A stretch of DNA of 63,994 nucleotides, filler included, from Basidioascus undulatus (lineage: Eukaryota), in the NCBI GenBank assembly GCA_000826855.1. It is 9 parts of 9 records of this genome, joined end to end, with 100 filler letters (N's around TTAATTAATTAA, not from the genome) between each part and the next. Parts side by side here need not be neighbours in the genome. Positions count along the whole stretch, not along the records: positions 57,569 to 63,994 come from JTLS01001745.1; 8 more parts are not named here. One strand, given 5' to 3'. How positions within the stretch are numbered: position 1 is the stretch's first letter; the number at the start of each line of letters is the position of its first letter. Positions 60,651-63,994 of the stretch are shown here, one piece after another. The position numbers and the translations under genes were made by a program. Under the pieces are notes generated by a model, which was given only the letters and a program-made list of their open reading frames with translations, was not told where the DNA came from and did not search any database.

Positions 60651-62150
60651 ATTCAGTGCCTTGACAACATTCTCGTAAGGCTAGGGACACTTTTTGGGGG
60701 TATAAGGTTACAGATCCAGAGAGAGAACCAGGAAATGTATCCAGGGCTTTGGGACGTTGAGAATGGACGAAACAGCACGATGACCCCAGCGGGCCTGTCT
60801 CTGTTAGGCAAAATGCGAGGCAGCTTGGGTCAGAGCCAAAACGCGGCTTAGGTCAGAACCAAATGGCATCCACCATCTTCTCTTTACTTTTAAGTGTCTC
60901 TCATACAGCGGCGAAAACACGAGGCAGGCCCCTCATGGTCGAGCGGAAAGTCCCGAAGACTCACCATAATTAACTTCTGGATAGCAAGAACGGCCCGACG
61001 TCCACTTGGAAGATCCTTGAGTTGTGCATATGTTTGCTGATGTCCTTTTATGTTGTGGTCACAAAGTGGGTCCAGTGAGCAGGACAGATCTTATGCTTTT
61101 TTGGGTTCTCCAGAGGTCGACTGGTGACCTCGCCTACGATGTGACAGCTCACACCTCAACATCGGTTTTGCAGCAGTCTTGCTTCATTTGTCTCGTTCTC
61201 CCTGGCTTACATGGGAACAATTTCCCCCCTCTTGCTGAATGAACGTTGCACAGTGAAGCCAAAAGAAGGACTGCCTACGACCGTCACCCTTGTTTTGGCC
61301 TTGCCTGCAAGCTTAGCAGGCCAGAGGATTGCCCTGATATATAGGGGGTGTATTAATTCCTTACACAGTTATCCATGGTGCATCGATCCACTGACCAGCC
61401 AACACGAGCACGCAAGCGGAAGATAACGACGTTGAAGCGGTTCTGCTGGCTGACCATTGCGTCTTCGATCGCTCTAGTCGTGCAACTCTCTCAAACTCAA
61501 TGCCAGTTTTCGGGCTCATCATCTTTGTCTATTTTAATGCGGCATACGGCTGTGTGGATGATCGGTCCGCAACGCTCTTCCCGTATTTCCGTGAGGGCTG
61601 CACAGTTGGTCACAAGTCCCCTGCCACGCCTTCGCCATTACGTGCGCTACACATTAGGCAGCCTTGTAAAGGCAAAAGGGACACTGACATATGAACAAAT
61701 TCTTTATAAGATAATTAAGAGTTAGTTATCGTCCTTCACGACCAGCGGTGTGTGGGTGAAGCTGGCCGAGAGGCTGGCAGCACGAGATCTCAATGCGTTA
61801 TCACGCAATGACGGAGTATCGCATGTTGGTACGTATCCCTGGGCCCATCCCTGCACCAGCCTTGAGGCTCGGGACCAAACATCCTGGATCCGTCTGCATT
61901 TCCTGCCCACGCCTGTGCGCCTCCTTGGTGCTCAAAACGCCCTTATTGCGATCGAAGTCCCTTTACGAGCTATGCCTGGCGCACGACAACGACACGCAAG
62001 CTGATATCTACGTGGCGTGCTTCACTTTACATTCAGGGGAAGGAGTACAAAACGATATCGGCTTGTGCAAGTAAGAACCTCGGAATCCTCTTCTACTGCA
62101 CTGCGAACTCCATCCGTCGACGCAAGCAACCAGCGCTGACCCGTTCTACA

Positions 62151-63994
62151 ATGGCTACTACCGCTGTTGTCCCTCCCCTCAGTCAAAGCGGTTAGGGACA
62201 AGTTCTTCAACTGGGGATGGGGTAAAAGACTGAATGTTGTTTTTCCAGCCGGATATGGCGTTGTCGTTGGACTGGGCGCTGCATTCGCCCTCGGTGCGCC
62301 TATTCTTTCATTCTCCCGGAGATTGGTTGTCTAAGCTCATGGTGCTCCAAAGGAATGATGTTCATCACTTACACTCTTCGCAAGCGAGGTAACAAGGAAA
62401 ATAACGAGGAATTCGCGCTGGCCAAGCGAACCGTGCCCATCGGCCTGACGGCTGCCGGTGTTATTTCGTGCGTCCAACTGTTCACGACAGGTCATGCAGT
62501 AACTGGTGTCTGACGGGCCGTGATATGTGCTTTCAACAGATCATGGACCTGGTGAGTCCGCGGTCCCGTCTCCTTCTTTGCTTCATCGCGCCTACAGGAT
62601 ACCCCGTGCCCCCTCTGAAGAGTCTGACCGGCTGCCTGCCTCATAGGTCCACGACCTTGCTCTCTTCCTGTTCCCAGGCGTATACGTACGGAGTCGCTGG
62701 AGCTTGTAAGCACAACGTCCGGCATTTTAGGTCCTGTCTACAACTCTCAACACTCTTCAAATCCTTCAGTCTTCTACGTGCGTCCTTCGAGTTCGTTACC
62801 GCATCAAGTCCCTCTCGTGCTGAACTTGTACTCGTAACTTCAACCGGCTATAGGCGGCGTGTAACAGCACACAAATCATGGTATGCCTCACAAGTGCCAC
62901 CAGAATCTGAGCTCTGCTGATCCGTTGTGCCACACAGCTCTTCTCGAACCTTGCCATCCAAACCAAGCGCAAGGCGCCCAACGCTCACAGTAAGTCGCTG
63001 AGCTGTCGCTTTCTGGCCATGCCACCAGCTCATTTCTGGCCACTCCTTGGGGAAGCTTTCCTTGAAATCATTCGAGTCCGATACGGTCGCTTGACCCACC
63101 TTTCGTTCATGGTGCGGCCCTTCTTCCTTTTCTTCCCCTTGCGCGTTTGCGAGCCGTCTAAGGCTGTATTCCCAGTTCTTCTCGCTTGCGTCAAACACCC
63201 TTGTGGTCTCGAGCGTCCTTCTCGGAGGAGCTACAGCAGTCAGTGGTGAGATTCTAGCAGTTGCGTCTAGCTGTGCTGAAGCAACGTGACGACTGCAGAT
63301 TAACTCGATGAGCGGCATGAACGTTTACGCTTCGTTGTGAGTTTAGTCCCTCCGATTTCCCAAGGGCGACTCGTAGCTCACACAAACCAGGTGGCTTCTG
63401 CCCTTATCCGTCGCTGCGTACACCCTGCGCGGTGGGCTGCGTGCCACTCTACTGGTAGACTATTCGCATACCGTCATTAGTGGGCATAATCTTCCTCCTC
63501 GGCCCTATATTCTCAAGCTAATCTATTTCTATGTTTACCAGTCTTTGTACTGATCTTGATGTTCTGGTTCGTTCTGGACTCCGGATCCAGCGCGTGCGGA
63601 CACTGCATCAAGCTGACGTTCGCTCCAACAGGTTTGTTGCATACGCTACCTCAAGCCAGATTGGTTCTCCCGACAAGGTAGTTTCCGGAGCTACACGAGT
63701 GGAGAAGGCGGACATGCTGAGCGCTTTCCCCAGATGTACGACCTCCTGATCGCAGCCCAAGAGCGCAATGGCGACGCCGCCACTCGCGACAAAAGCTACC
63801 TTACGGTCCGCAGTCTGTATGGTAACTGGTTAAATTCCCTCACAAGTCTAGGATTTACTGAAGCGTTTTATCAGCGGGGCGCTCAAGTTCGCGATTCTTT
63901 CCATCCTCGAGTGAGTCCCGGTTGTCTAACGGGGTAGATCCAAGTCAGAACAGATGCTGACGCCCGACGTTCAGGTACACTGGTAAGCGATTGT
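62151..63994 (+). CDS. DUR3: Urea active transporter (sodium:solute symporter family), 5' part
   Basis: PPLSQSAGYGVVVGLGAAFA, EEFALAKRTVPIGLTAAGVISSWTWSTTLLSS, YGVAG, KRKAPNAHTFLEIIRVRYG, YTLRGGLRATLLVDYSHTV, IGSPDKMYDLL, SYLTVRS. Confidence 0.93.

Overview
Eukaryotic, intron-rich, GC-rich fungal genomic DNA. It looks basidiomycete (inferred from 55-90 nt introns with GTGCGT/GTGAGT/GTACGT donors and CTGAC/CTAAC branch sites). The window is not one locus: nine contigs, mostly ~6.7-6.8 kb and one 9.4 kb, are joined by eight artificial 100-bp N44-TTAATTAATTAA-N44 spacers, so adjacency across spacers means nothing. Most ORF-track entries are shadow frames or exon fragments. Genes that look intact: TRAX (partial), an alpha-arrestin, THG1, RPL16/uL13, HAT1, a RhoGEF DH domain (partial), an HSL-family alpha/beta hydrolase, a divergent NADPH oxidase NoxB, an FGGY pentulose kinase, MTP18/MTFP1, an SR-rich protein start, and a DUR3 urea transporter (partial). 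There are four tRNAs (Arg-CCT, Lys-CTT, Ala-AGC, Ser-AGA with intron) and a tRNA-His pseudogene. Between these lie many decayed genes: S10 carboxypeptidase, several F-box relics, a secreted Lys/Asp-repeat KEX2-type precursor, an IRC3 C-terminal piece, truncated CSN5, an esterase and a TauD dioxygenase. Transposon traces are also present. Best leads: a U5 snRNA-like structure with no Sm site, a secreted KD-repeat precursor built by exon+intron duplication, a predicted 4-nt microexon in NoxB, a head-on fusion of two truncated genes, and window-wide pseudogenisation. All family calls come from manual translation and motif recall, not database searches.
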